From Spirochaetota bacterium (lineage in GTDB: Bacteria > Spirochaetota > GWE2-31-10), in NCBI GenBank assembly GCA_036311025.1, contig JAXJQT010000231.1, positions 1-26,700 on the forward strand: a DNA stretch of 26,700 bases, written 5' to 3'. The notes under the pieces were generated by a model that was not told the origin of the DNA, made no database searches, and was given only the letters and a program-made list of their open reading frames with translations. The position numbers were made by a program, and so were the translations under genes. Shown one piece after another: positions 1-9,745 of the stretch; position 1 is the stretch's first letter; each line of letters starts with the position of its first letter.

Positions 1-2563
1 GAACTGTTCTACTTGCACGCGGATTAACCTCGATACAATAAACTTTTCCGTCAGAAATAACATATTGTACATTCATCAATCCGATTGTACCCAATTCACG
101 ACCGAGTGCTATTGTATGACGTATAATTGTGTTAATTTCATCATCTGATAAGTTTGTCGGAGGATAAACTGCCATAGAGTCTCCGGAGTGAACACCGGCA
201 CGCTCTATATGCTCAAATATTCCCGGAATAAAAGTATCTGTTCCGTCACAGATTGCGTCAACTTCAACTTCTTTTCCCAACAAATATTTATCAACCAAAA
301 CCGGATGGTCAGGAGATATCTTTGTTGCAAAACGCATATATGAGAATAACTCATCGTCGTTATAAACGATTTCCATTGCGTGTCCACCGATTACATAAGA
401 CGGACGTACAAGAACCGGATAACCTAGACGATTTGTTACACCGAGAGCTTCTTCAAATGAGTAAACGGCACGACCTTCAGCTTGAGGAACTCCGGCACGT
501 TGTAAAATTTGAGAGAATTTATCACGGTCTTCGGCATCATCGATTGTTTGTACTGATGAGCCCAAGATTTTTACGCCGGCATCATTCAATTTTCCGGCAA
601 GATTAATAGCTGTTTGTCCGCCAAATTGAACGATAACACCTTCCGGGTTTTCTTTTTCGATGACGTTAAGAACATCTTCAATATTTAACGGCTCGAAATA
701 CAATTTGTCAGAAGTATCAAAGTCGGTACTTACAGTTTCCGGATTGTTGTTGATAATAATAGATTGAATATTTTCTTCTTTAAGTCCCCAAACAGAACGA
801 ACAGAACAATAGTCAAACTCTATACCTTGTCCGATACGAATAGGTCCGGCACCGAGAACCATCATTTTTCGTACATCTGTAGAAACTTCTACTTCATCTT
901 CTTGTTCATATGTAGAATAGTAATACGGAGTCATCGCTTCAAACTCAGCAGAACAAGTATCTACCATTTTATAAACAGGAATTACATTGCAAGCTTTTCT
1001 GAATGCACGGAAATCTAAATGTTCCACACCAACTAATTTTGCAAGGTAAGTATCTCCGAAACCGCAGCTTTTCAGACGTTTCATCAAGTCTTTTATTTCT
1101 GCTGACGGATTTTTTTGAGCAATAAGTTCCGCTGTTAATTTTTGTTTAGCTTCTTTTTCAAGCAGAATGATATTCTCGAACTTTTTAACAAAGAAAATAT
1201 CCATTTTTGTTATTTGAACAATTTTTCCAACAGGATATTCTCTTCTTAATAATTCAAAAATTGCAAACAAACGTCTGTCGTCTGCACGGCGAAGCATTTC
1301 TTCAAGAACTTCAGTTTCTTCTTTATCTAAATCCGGCATTCTCGGTCCGTCAACTTTAATTTCAAGCGAACGAATCCCTTTCATGATTGAACCTTCGATT
1401 GTTCGGTCAATACTCATGATTTCACCGGTAGCTTTCATCTGTGTACCAAGCTTGCGGTCTGCAGATGTAAACTTATCAAACGGCCATCTAGGAATTTTTG
1501 TAACAATATAGTCAAGTGTCGGTTCAAAACAAGCAAGTGTTTTTTTAGTTACAGAGTTTTGAATCTCATCAAGATGAAGACCGATTGCAATTTTAGCAGA
1601 TACTTTTGCAATAGGATATCCCGTTGCTTTTGAAGCTAACGCAGATGAACGTGATACACGAGGATTTACTTCTATAATGATGTAATTTTTTGAATATGGG
1701 TCAAGTGCAAATTGAACGTTACAACCACCTTCGATTTTTAAAGCATCGATAATTTTCAATGCTGATGTTCGCAACATCTGATATTCTTGGTCACAAAGAG
1801 TTTGACTTGGAGCAAGAACTATACTGTCACCTGTATGAATACCGACAGGGTCGATATTTTCCATATTACAAACAGTAATACAAGTTCCGTTTGCATCACG
1901 CATTACTTCATATTCAACTTCTTTCCAACCGGCAACTGATTGTTCCAAAAGAACTTGATGAATTCTTGAATGTTTAAGTCCCAGTGAACAGATATTAACA
2001 AGTTCTTCTTCGTTATTTGCAATACCGCCACCGAGTCCTCCCATTGTATATGCAGGACGAACGATTAACGGATAACCGGCTTTATTAGCAAACGCAACAG
2101 CTTCAGTTAGGTTATTTACAATTTGACTGTCAGCAATAGGTTCTCCGATTTCTTGCATTAAATCTTTGAACATTTCACGGTCTTCCGCCTGTTTAATAGC
2201 AGAAAGTGAAGTTCCTAAAAGCTTAACGCCATATTTATCAAGAATTCCTTTTTCTGATAATTCAACGGCAAGGTTTAACCCGGTTTGTCCTCCGAGAGTC
2301 GGAAGTAAACCGTCCGGACGTTCTTTATCAATGATTTTTTCCAAAGAACTGACATTCAGCGGTTCCAAATAAGTAGAATCCGCCATATTCAAATCCGTCA
2401 TAATTGTCGCCGGATTTGAGTTTACGAGAATTACACGTAATCCTTCTTCTTTAAGAGCTTTACATGCTTGTGAACCGGCATAGTCAAACTCTGCAGCCTG
2501 ACCAATAATAATTGGACCCGATCCTATGATTAACACACTTTTTATAGATTTATCTAAAGGCAT
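1..2563 (-). CDS. carB: Carbamoyl-phosphate synthase large subunit (3'-truncated by window edge)
   Basis: Manual translation: ATG at 2563 preceded by AAGGATGG, reading [41 protein letters not shown]. The same frame reads [14 protein letters not shown] at positions 2-43 (second ATP-grasp motif). Probably absent from the ORF track because no stop lies in the window. Confidence 0.97.
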   Translation of the reverse strand, partial: MPLDKSIKSVLIIGSGPIIIGQAAEFDYAGSQACKALKEEGLRVILVNSNPATIMTDLNMADSTYLEPLNVSSLEKIIDKERPDGLLPTLGGQTGLNLAVELSEKGILDKYGVKLLGTSLSAIKQAEDREMFKDLMQEIGEPIADSQIVNNLTEAVAFANKAGYPLIVRPAYTMGGLGGGIANNEEELVNICSLGLKHSRIHQVLLEQSVAGWKEVEYEVMRDANGTCITVCNMENIDPVGIHTGDSIVLAPSQTLCDQEYQMLRTSALKIIDALKIEGGCNVQFALDPYSKNYIIIEVNPRVSRSSALASKATGYPIAKVSAKIAIGLHLDEIQNSVTKKTLACFEPTLDYIVTKIPRWPFDKFTSADRKLGTQMKATGEIMSIDRTIEGSIMKGIRSLEIKVDGPRMPDLDKEETEVLEEMLRRADDRRLFAIFELLRREYPVGKIVQITKMDIFFVKKFENIILLEKEAKQKLTAELIAQKNPSAEIKDLMKRLKSCGFGDTYLAKLVGVEHLDFRAFRKACNVIPVYKMVDTCSAEFEAMTPYYYSTYEQEDEVEVSTDVRKMMVLGAGPIRIGQGIEFDYCSVRSVWGLKEENIQSIIINNNPETVSTDFDTSDKLYFEPLNIEDVLNVIEKENPEGVIVQFGGQTAINLAGKLNDAGVKILGSSVQTIDDAEDRDKFSQILQRAGVPQAEGRAVYSFEEALGVTNRLGYPVLVRPSYVIGGHAMEIVYNDDELFSYMRFATKISPDHPVLVDKYLLGKEVEVDAICDGTDTFIPGIFEHIERAGVHSGDSMAVYPPTNLSDDEINTIIRHTIALGRELGTIGLMNVQYVISDGKVYCIEVNPRASRTV

Positions 2564-2578
2564 AAAACCATCCTTAAT

Positions 2579-3655
2579 TTATTCGCAGAGTTTTAAAAAA
2601 TCTTCAAAAATATACGTAGAGTCATGCGGTCCCGGACCTGCTTCAGGGTGGAACTGTACACTGCATACTTTTTTATCAACACATCTGATTCCCTGTACCG
2701 TAAAGTCGTTTAAATTAAGATGTGTAATTTCCACTCCTTCAGGAATGTTTTCGTTTCGTACTGCATAACCATGATTTTGAGATGTTATGGTTACTTTTCC
2801 GGTAATCAAATTTTTAACCGGGTGATTTGCACCTCTATGACCGAACTTTAATTTAAAAGTATCAAGTCCTAACGCCAAAGATAAGATTTGATGTCCTAAA
2901 CAAATTCCTCCGATAGGTAATTTGCCCAATAAGCCTTTTACAAGTTCTACCCCGTAAGTAGTTTGTTTTGGATCTCCTGGACCGTTAGACAAAACAATTA
3001 GGTCAAAACCTTTTTGTAATACATAATCTGCTTTTACATCTGCACGCATTACAGTAAGTCTGTGTCCCATAGCTTGTAATGTTCGAATGATACTTTGCTT
3101 TATACCGAAATCTACGACTCCGATATTTTTACCGTTTCCTTCGATTACGTATTCTTCTTCCGTTGTGGCATCCATTACGTAGTCATGACTGGCAAAATCA
3201 GGAACATTTTTCGCAAGTTGAATCATTTTGTCATCAGGTAATTTGTTGGTTGTGATAAAACCTTTCATTACACCGCGATTTCTGATTTTTTTTGTAATTG
3301 CACGTGTATCGACACCTTGGATTCCAAGTAAATTATTCTTTTTTAAATAAGCATCGATAGTTCCTTGACTGCGAAAATTATTTGGGAAATCCGCTGCTTC
3401 TTTTACGACAAATCCTCTTAAGAAAGGACGCCGAGATTCGGTATCACTTTCGATATATCCATAATTTCCAATTTGCGGATAAGTCATAACAACAATTTGA
3501 CCGCTATACGAAGGGTCTGTCAGTAATTCTTGATAGCCGGTAACTCCGGTATTAAATACAACTTCACCTTCGGTATAGTCTCCGCTACCAAATGCGGTTC
3601 CCTCAAATATGGAACCATCTTCAAGTACAAGATATGCTTTTTTACACTCGTCCAA
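2579..3655 (-). CDS. carA: Carbamoyl-phosphate synthase small (glutaminase) subunit
   Basis: Motifs GEVVFNTG, LSNGPGDP, GICLGHQ (catalytic Cys), QFHPEAGPGP. Probable TTG start; directly upstream of carB. Confidence 0.97.
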   Translation of the reverse strand: MDECKKAYLVLEDGSIFEGTAFGSGDYTEGEVVFNTGVTGYQELLTDPSYSGQIVVMTYPQIGNYGYIESDTESRRPFLRGFVVKEAADFPNNFRSQGTIDAYLKKNNLLGIQGVDTRAITKKIRNRGVMKGFITTNKLPDDKMIQLAKNVPDFASHDYVMDATTEEEYVIEGNGKNIGVVDFGIKQSIIRTLQAMGHRLTVMRADVKADYVLQKGFDLIVLSNGPGDPKQTTYGVELVKGLLGKLPIGGICLGHQILSLALGLDTFKLKFGHRGANHPVKNLITGKVTITSQNHGYAVRNENIPEGVEITHLNLNDFTVQGIRCVDKKVCSVQFHPEAGPGPHDSTYIFEDFLKLCE

Positions 3656-3657
3656 GA

Positions 3658-4845
3658 TTAAGTCCTTTTTTTAAAGATTTGTTCTAATGCTTCAAGCACT
3701 AAATCTATTTCTTCTTTTTTTATAGTTAATGGTGGTAAAAGTCTGACAACAGAAGTTCCAGCCGGAACGGTAACAATATGATGCTCCAATAATTCTTGTA
3801 CAAGCTCTGCTGCGGAATAATCAATTTCAATTCCTAACAGAAAACCTGAACCGCGAACATCTTTTATTGCACTATATTTTTGCTGTAGTTTTTTTAGACT
3901 TTCTATAAGATAACAACTGTTTTCTTTTACTGTATCAAGTAAGTTTTCTTCATTTATAACGTCCATTACAGCATTAGCCGCAGCAGCGACTACCGGATTT
4001 CCTCCGAAAGTACTTGCGTGGTCGCCCGGTTGTAAAACATTTTCAACTTTTTCATTTACAAAAAATGCTCCCATCGGTAAACCGCCGGCAAGACCTTTAG
4101 CAGTCGTGAATACGTCCGGAGCACAATCCGGATATTGCATATGACAAAATAAAGTTCCTGTACGCCCCATTCCGCATTGAACTTCGTCATAAATCAAAAC
4201 AGCATCGTATTGATTACATAAATCACGAACACCTTTTAAAAACTCGTAAGTTGCAGGATGAACACCGCCTTCACCTTGAACCGGTTCTAAAATGACGGCA
4301 CAAACATCATTATCCATTAATTTTTTTACAGAATCTAAATCGTTATATTCTGCATAATAAACATCCGGTAATAAAGGATAAAAAGGCTTTTGATATTTTT
4401 CCTGAGCCGTAACAGTTACTGTCGCCATAGTTCTTCCGTGAAAGGAATGATACATGGAAATAATTTTTGTCTTGCTTGTTTTTCCGTTTTGCTTTCCGTA
4501 TTTTCTGGCAAGTTTTAATGCACCTTCATTTGCCTCTGCTCCGGAGTTACAAAAGAAAACACGTTTAGCACCGGTTGCATTGACCAACTTTTCTGCTAAT
4601 TCGGCAGCCGGTGTACTGTAATAAAGATTGCTGGTATGCCATAAAGTCTCAGCTTGTTCTTTTACGGCATTTACCAATTTTGGATGACAATGCCCCAAAA
4701 GGGTTACGGCAATACCGGAGCCCATATCCAAATATTTTTCACCTTTTTCAGTATAGAGAAACGCTCCCTTTCCTTTTTCAAAGGTTACGGGATAACGGTT
4801 ATATGTTTTTAAAATATATTTGCCGGTTTTTTCAATTGTATCCAT
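3658..4845 (-). CDS. argD: Acetylornithine aminotransferase
   Basis: Class III PLP motifs CNSGAEANE, SFHGRT, EPVQGEGG, DEVQCGMGRTG, AKGLAGG, HASTFGGNP; arg operon context. Confidence 0.95.
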   Translation of the reverse strand: MDTIEKTGKYILKTYNRYPVTFEKGKGAFLYTEKGEKYLDMGSGIAVTLLGHCHPKLVNAVKEQAETLWHTSNLYYSTPAAELAEKLVNATGAKRVFFCNSGAEANEGALKLARKYGKQNGKTSKTKIISMYHSFHGRTMATVTVTAQEKYQKPFYPLLPDVYYAEYNDLDSVKKLMDNDVCAVILEPVQGEGGVHPATYEFLKGVRDLCNQYDAVLIYDEVQCGMGRTGTLFCHMQYPDCAPDVFTTAKGLAGGLPMGAFFVNEKVENVLQPGDHASTFGGNPVVAAAANAVMDVINEENLLDTVKENSCYLIESLKKLQQKYSAIKDVRGSGFLLGIEIDYSAAELVQELLEHHIVTVPAGTSVVRLLPPLTIKKEEIDLVLEALEQIFKKRT

Positions 4846-4862
4846 ATTTATATCCCAAAAGA

Positions 4863-5765
4863 TTAGTTTCCAACAACCATAGTTCCTATTCCGTGGTCAG
4901 TAAAGATTTCCAATAGAATAGAATGTTTTTGACGACCGTCTACGATATGAGTTCGTTTTACGCCGTTAGAGATTCCGTTGATACATGCACGAACTTTAGG
5001 AATCATTCCGCCGCTGATTTCACCTTTTTCAATCATTTGTTTTGCACGGTGAATTGTCAAAGACTCAATTTTTGTTGCCGGATTTGTAGGGTTTTCATAG
5101 ATACCATCTACATCAGTAACCATAATCAACTTATCCGCTTTTAATGAAACTGCAATTTCACTTGCAACTTCATCAGCATTAATATTGTAATGTTCTCCGT
5201 CGATACCAACTCCAATCGGAGCAATAACTGGGATATAACCATTTTGATTTAATAAATTAACAAGTGAACTATCGATTCTTTCGATGTCACCTACAAAACC
5301 TAAATCTACTTTCTTTTCTTGCTTAGTTTCAGGATCCAAAATTGTTTCCATCATCTTCTTTCTTGCTTGAATAATATTTGAATCCGCACCGGATAAACCT
5401 ACAGCTTTTCCGCCGAAATGATTAATCATACTTACAATATCTTGGTTCGTTTTTCCTACCAAACTCATTTGTACGGCATCCATAGTCTCTTTATCTGTCA
5501 CTCTCAATCCGTTAACAAAAGTAGTTTCTTTACCTACTTTTTGCAAGAATGAAGTTATTTCAGGTCCGCCGCCGTGAACAACAACTACATTGATACCAAT
5601 ATAACGAAGTAGGATAAAATCTTTGATAATATCTTCTTTCAGATTATTATCAATCATCGCAGCACCGCCATACTTTATAACAAATGTCTTTGAATGAAAT
5701 GTTTTAATATATGGCAATGACTCTATTAATACATCTGCTTTTTCTTCAAGTTTCTCAATCATCAT
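4863..5765 (-). CDS. argB: Acetylglutamate kinase
   Basis: Motifs VIKYGGAAM, VHGGGPEI, GLRVTD, YNINAD, GGMIPKV, EIFTDHGIGT. Start may be 5762. Confidence 0.96.
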   Translation of the reverse strand: MMIEKLEEKADVLIESLPYIKTFHSKTFVIKYGGAAMIDNNLKEDIIKDFILLRYIGINVVVVHGGGPEITSFLQKVGKETTFVNGLRVTDKETMDAVQMSLVGKTNQDIVSMINHFGGKAVGLSGADSNIIQARKKMMETILDPETKQEKKVDLGFVGDIERIDSSLVNLLNQNGYIPVIAPIGVGIDGEHYNINADEVASEIAVSLKADKLIMVTDVDGIYENPTNPATKIESLTIHRAKQMIEKGEISGGMIPKVRACINGISNGVKRTHIVDGRQKHSILLEIFTDHGIGTMVVGN

Positions 5766-5792
5766 CTTTACCTTCCTTATCTTTGTTAAAAA

Positions 5793-7007
5793 TTATGAGC
5801 GGTAATCCGCATTTATACGAACGTATTCGTGTGAAAGATCTGAAGTCCATACACTCCAGCTTTTATTTCCCTTATCTAAATCAATTATAACTTTAAATGA
5901 GTCTTTCTTTAATATTTCAGCAGCCTCTGCTTCATTAAAAGAAGTCGGTTCTCCGTTTTTAAATAACAAAAGATTATCAAAATAAAGTTTTAACTTCGTA
6001 GGCTTAAAATCTACACCGCAATATCCGACAGCACACAAAATTCTACCGAAATTCGCATCTTCACCGTAGAAAGCAGTCTTTACCAGACAAGACGTCGCAA
6101 CAGACATCGCAACTTGTTTTGCTTCTTTTTCTGTTTTAGCGTTTTTTACATAGATTTCTACAAGTTTTGTAGCTCCCTCGCCGTCCTGTACAATACTCTT
6201 TGCCATTGTACAAGCTGTTATTTCTACTGCTTTTGCAAAAAGTCGATAATCATCGCCGTTTCCGCTGATTTCTTTGTTTCCGGCTAACCCGCTGGAAATC
6301 AAAAATGTAGAATCGTTTGTACTCATATCTCCGTCAACGGTAATACTATTGAAACTTTTTTCTACCGCAGCACGGAATGCTTTCTCTAATGCTTTCTTGC
6401 TGACTTTTGCATCTGTAAAAAGGAAACTCAATGTAGTTGCCATATTAGGATGAATCATCCCCGAACCTTTTGCAACTCCGACAATATGATATTCTTGATC
6501 TTTATTTTTTACCGTTACACCGTAGATTTTCATACGCGTATCGGTTGTCATTATTGCTTTTGCAAAGTTATTAGGATTTTGCTCGTTAATTATTTTTGAA
6601 ATCTTACTTAATCCGGAAGATATCTGATTAAACGGTAATCTCTGTCCGATAACTCCGGTAGACATCGGTAAAACGCTTTCAGCGGGAATGTTGAATAATT
6701 CAGAACATTCTTTACACGTGTTTAACGCATCTTCAATCCCTAATGTTCCGGTACAAGCATTTGCATTGCCGCTGTTAACAACAACTGCACGCAATTTATT
6801 TTTAACATGTTTTTTGCAAACTAAAACCGGTGCGGCTTTTACTTTATTAGTAGTAAACATCCCGGTTCCGATACAATCTACATCGGACAAAACCACACCT
6901 AAATCTAGAACACCTTCTTTTTTGATACCGGCAGCAACACCGTTTGAATGAAAACCCTTAACCATTTCAATAGACGGATTTTCGATGAAAGAGATTTTAT
7001 TTTCCAT
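5793..7007 (-). CDS. argJ: Bifunctional ornithine acetyltransferase / N-acetylglutamate synthase
   Basis: Motifs NSGNANACTG, STGVIG, IMTTDT, AKGSGMIHPNMAT, DGDMSTND, DGEGATK, YVRINADYRS. Start moved to ATG 7007 (MENK), which follows AAGGAAA. Confidence 0.96.
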   Translation of the reverse strand: MENKISFIENPSIEMVKGFHSNGVAAGIKKEGVLDLGVVLSDVDCIGTGMFTTNKVKAAPVLVCKKHVKNKLRAVVVNSGNANACTGTLGIEDALNTCKECSELFNIPAESVLPMSTGVIGQRLPFNQISSGLSKISKIINEQNPNNFAKAIMTTDTRMKIYGVTVKNKDQEYHIVGVAKGSGMIHPNMATTLSFLFTDAKVSKKALEKAFRAAVEKSFNSITVDGDMSTNDSTFLISSGLAGNKEISGNGDDYRLFAKAVEITACTMAKSIVQDGEGATKLVEIYVKNAKTEKEAKQVAMSVATSCLVKTAFYGEDANFGRILCAVGYCGVDFKPTKLKLYFDNLLLFKNGEPTSFNEAEAAEILKKDSFKVIIDLDKGNKSWSVWTSDLSHEYVRINADYRS

Positions 7008-7094
7008 ACTTATTTCCTTTTGAAAAAAAGACACATTTCCTGCTATCTGCTTATGCAGGATGAAAGCTTATTTCCAATTCGAAAAATTTGATAC

Positions 7095-7122
7095 AAAGTA
7101 CTATATTTCCTTAATTTGTCAA
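7095..7122 (-). promoter_or_regulatory. Putative sigma70 promoter of the arg operon
   Basis: Minus strand reads TTGACA-N16-TACTTT, about 90 nt upstream of the argJ start. Confidence 0.55.
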
Positions 7123-7191
7123 GATGTCATGCAACGAATGAACTGTTTAGTATCAAGACAGATGGTTATTTTTTTCCTTACTATAAAAAAC

Positions 7192-8010
7192 TCAGCTGAT
7201 AACACCAATATTTTCTTTCAACCATTTAGCTACGGCATCATTATCGTTCATATCAATTACACCGGTAGCTATATTTTTTAAATCATCAACCGCATTTTTT
7301 ACGGCATAACTTTCATCTGCAACTTTGAACATATCTATATCATTTCTTCCGTCACCGAAAACAACCACTTTCTGTGCATTTAAATGTTTTTTCAGTTTCA
7401 TTACCGCATTTGCTTTAGAAGTAGATTTCGGCATGATTTCGAGCCATTGTTCTCCGGAATAAATATCACGTTGATAAACACAATTAAAATCTGCTTTGTA
7501 TTTGTCATAAAACGGCTTCAACTTTTTTTCTTCATCAATACAAGTGATATAAAAAATATCTCCGTTATACAGCAGACAAATATCAGCAACCGAATTAGCC
7601 CGGATATCACCCGTCCTGCTGAATAAAAACACTTTCATTCCGCAGCTGCATTTATCAAAAACAAATGAAAACTTTTCTACGCCGTCAATATATGCGTACA
7701 CAATCGGAACAACACCGCCTGCAAGCAACTGTTCTATAACTATCCTTGCTTCATTCGTAAAATAATTAGAAAGCATAACTGTACCGGTACAGTTTTCGAC
7801 AATAAAAGCACCGTTGTAAATAATGAGCGGAATTTTTGCATTCAAACCGGCTGTGACTTTGCATGCCGTAACGAAAGACCGGGCTGTTGCATACGAAAAC
7901 ATCACGCCGCTTTCCGTAAGCTTGTTTATGACATCACAAGTATATTGTGAAATCTTTTCGTTACTGTGCAAAAGCGTTCCGTCCAAATCTGAAATAAATA
8001 ATGTTTTCAT
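7192..8010 (-). CDS. Cof-type HAD-IIB family hydrolase/phosphatase
   Basis: Motif I SDLDGTLL, motif II ATARS, and SKANA / FGDGRNDIDMF motifs III-IV. Start overlaps the upstream stop (TAATG). Confidence 0.93.
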   Translation of the reverse strand: MKTLFISDLDGTLLHSNEKISQYTCDVINKLTESGVMFSYATARSFVTACKVTAGLNAKIPLIIYNGAFIVENCTGTVMLSNYFTNEARIVIEQLLAGGVVPIVYAYIDGVEKFSFVFDKCSCGMKVFLFSRTGDIRANSVADICLLYNGDIFYITCIDEEKKLKPFYDKYKADFNCVYQRDIYSGEQWLEIMPKSTSKANAVMKLKKHLNAQKVVVFGDGRNDIDMFKVADESYAVKNAVDDLKNIATGVIDMNDNDAVAKWLKENIGVIS

Positions 8011-8486
8011 TATATTTCCTGTCGTTTTCGTAAATATTCTAAGAACGCATTCAGTCCTCGACTGATATCATTATAAGTCTCGTAAAAATTTCCCGTATAC
8101 CATGGATCTGCCACATCCGCCTCTTCATTACAAAAAGAAAGCATTTTGAAAACCTTGCCATCCGAATCATTACCGCATATACGTAAAATATTTCGCAAGT
8201 TCATGCTGTCCATACAAATAATATAATCGTAACAATCATAATCTTCCGCGGTAAACTTAGTCGCTCTTTTCCCTTTGCAAGAAATCCCTACAGAAGACAA
8301 CTTGCGTACAGTTCCCGGATGTACGGGGTTGCCCACTCCGTTAAAGATTTCTTCGCTGCTTGTAGCCGATGAGGCGATTTTAAACTCATGTGCAAGATTA
8401 AGTTTTTCGGTCATATCTTTAAACAAAAACTCCGCCATCGGAGAACGACAAATATTTCCGTGACAAACAAACATTACTTTTATCAT
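8010..8486 (-). CDS. Low-molecular-weight protein-tyrosine phosphatase
   Basis: P-loop VCHGNICRSPMAE and general-acid loop DVADPWY. Confidence 0.94.
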   Translation of the reverse strand: MIKVMFVCHGNICRSPMAEFLFKDMTEKLNLAHEFKIASSATSSEEIFNGVGNPVHPGTVRKLSSVGISCKGKRATKFTAEDYDCYDYIICMDSMNLRNILRICGNDSDGKVFKMLSFCNEEADVADPWYTGNFYETYNDISRGLNAFLEYLRKRQEI

Positions 8487-8603
8487 AAAAAACCTCTATT
8501 TTTATTCTCTATTAATAAATGCAATATTTTTTATCAATATACAAGGAAGATAGACATACATGGCTTCTACGAGAAAATGAAAAAAAAGTTAAAATTTTCC
8601 AAG

Positions 8604-8645
8604 TCTATCACTGTATGACAGAGCAGTAATGTTATTATCATTTCC
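8604..8645 (+). promoter_or_regulatory. Putative operator palindrome plus extended -10 promoter of the WYL gene (leaderless)
   Basis: TCTATCA-N5-TGACAGA (8604-8622, 6 of 7 positions complementary). TG-T-TATTAT at 8630-8638 lies 7 nt before ATG 8646; no SD sequence. Confidence 0.5.
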
Positions 8646-9626
8646 ATGAAAGAGCAAAAATTAGAAAAACCAATTACAAGACCGATGCTGAATCGCATCA
8701 TCGAAATCCACAAAAAAATCTTTTCCGGATGTTTTCCGAATACAACTGAACTGGCAAATGATTTAGAAGTAACTGTATCTACCGTCAGTCGAGATATCGA
8801 ATATTTACGAGAACATTTTTTTGCACCGATAGCATATAATGCAAAATATCGAGGTTATTATTACAAAAGTGCATTTGATTTACCCGTAAACAATATCGCC
8901 ATTAAAGATTTACAAACTTTGACATTTGCCAAAATGCTTCTGTCACAATACAAAGGAATGCCGATTTATAAGGATATTTGTGATGTTATAGATTTGTTGA
9001 ATCTAAACAATTCTCCGTCACCGGATTTTACTATAATGAAACGAATCGCCTTGCCTCCGACTCCGATAGGCTTTGTAAATGAAGAAAACTGGTCAAAGAT
9101 TTGTACTGCATTGCGAAATAATTTCATTTTGGAGTTCGACTACAACGGTCGTTGGAATACGCAAACAACTCACCGCCGCGTTCATCCTTATCAATTATTA
9201 TTAAATGACGGAGCTTATTTTGTTTTCGGATTTTCACAAGAGCGTAACGATGAGCGTTCTTTTAATATTTCACGAATGAGAAATATTATCGTAACAAATG
9301 AAGTTTTTGAATTGCCCGAAGATTATGAATTTGAAAATCGGTGCGGTGGCGGAAAATTCGGTGCCTTTGAAGCCGGAGAAGTCGCACATTACAAAATCAG
9401 ATTTTATAATGATGCAACTTGGTATGTAAAAGATTACGTTTGGGCAAAAGACCAAAAAATCGTAGATATCGATGAAAATACAATCGAAATAACATTCTCA
9501 TCTACGCAATATATGAAAATATTGGAATGGATACTGCAACAAGGTTGCAACGCAAAGCCATTAGAGCCTAAAGAACTGGTCGACCAATGGAAATTGCAAA
9601 TAACCGAAATGCTAAAAATGATTTAA
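8646..9626 (+). CDS. HTH-WYL-WCX domain transcriptional regulator (YafY/PafBC-like)
   Basis: N-terminal wHTH (ELANDLEVTVSTVSRDIEYLR, YRGYYY), WYL core (FDYNG...RRVHPYQL...YFVFG...RSFNISRMRNI) and C-terminal WCX-like WILQQG...LEPKEL. Confidence 0.92.
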   Translation: MKEQKLEKPITRPMLNRIIEIHKKIFSGCFPNTTELANDLEVTVSTVSRDIEYLREHFFAPIAYNAKYRGYYYKSAFDLPVNNIAIKDLQTLTFAKMLLSQYKGMPIYKDICDVIDLLNLNNSPSPDFTIMKRIALPPTPIGFVNEENWSKICTALRNNFILEFDYNGRWNTQTTHRRVHPYQLLLNDGAYFVFGFSQERNDERSFNISRMRNIIVTNEVFELPEDYEFENRCGGGKFGAFEAGEVAHYKIRFYNDATWYVKDYVWAKDQKIVDIDENTIEITFSSTQYMKILEWILQQGCNAKPLEPKELVDQWKLQITEMLKMI

Positions 9627-9648
9627 CGATTAAATAGGTTTCTTATAT

Positions 9649-9717
9649 GGCTGTCTACACAATATCTTGCCATGCTGATTTTTTCGGAATGACACAATAT
9701 TTGTTTATTAGACAGCC
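9649..9717. repeat. Long imperfect inverted repeat between convergent genes (terminator or element remnant)
   Basis: Outer arms GGCTGTCTA (9649-9657) and TAGACAGCC (9709-9717) with an imperfect inner stem; followed by TCTTATTTTT. Confidence 0.7.
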
Positions 9718-9745
9718 TCTTATTTTTCATCATTATGAAATGCAA

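Noticed and set aside
205..2768. Short ORFs in the track (205-387, 253-606, 764-1018, 2166-2372, 2526-2768)
   Set aside because: They are antisense or out-of-frame shadows of carB/carA, which occupy this region.
7040..7057. TGCAT...ATAGCA as an ArgR ARG box
   Set aside because: Half-site spacing does not fit the N4 consensus and there is no tandem second box.
7060..7281. 73-aa plus-strand ORF in the argJ-HAD gap
   Set aside because: It overlaps the HAD 3' end and the arg promoter and has no recognisable motif.
9657..9700. ACACAATAT repeated 35 bp apart next to a WYL gene, considered as a mini-CRISPR
   Set aside because: Only two 9-bp copies, explained by the hairpin symmetry; no cas genes are present.
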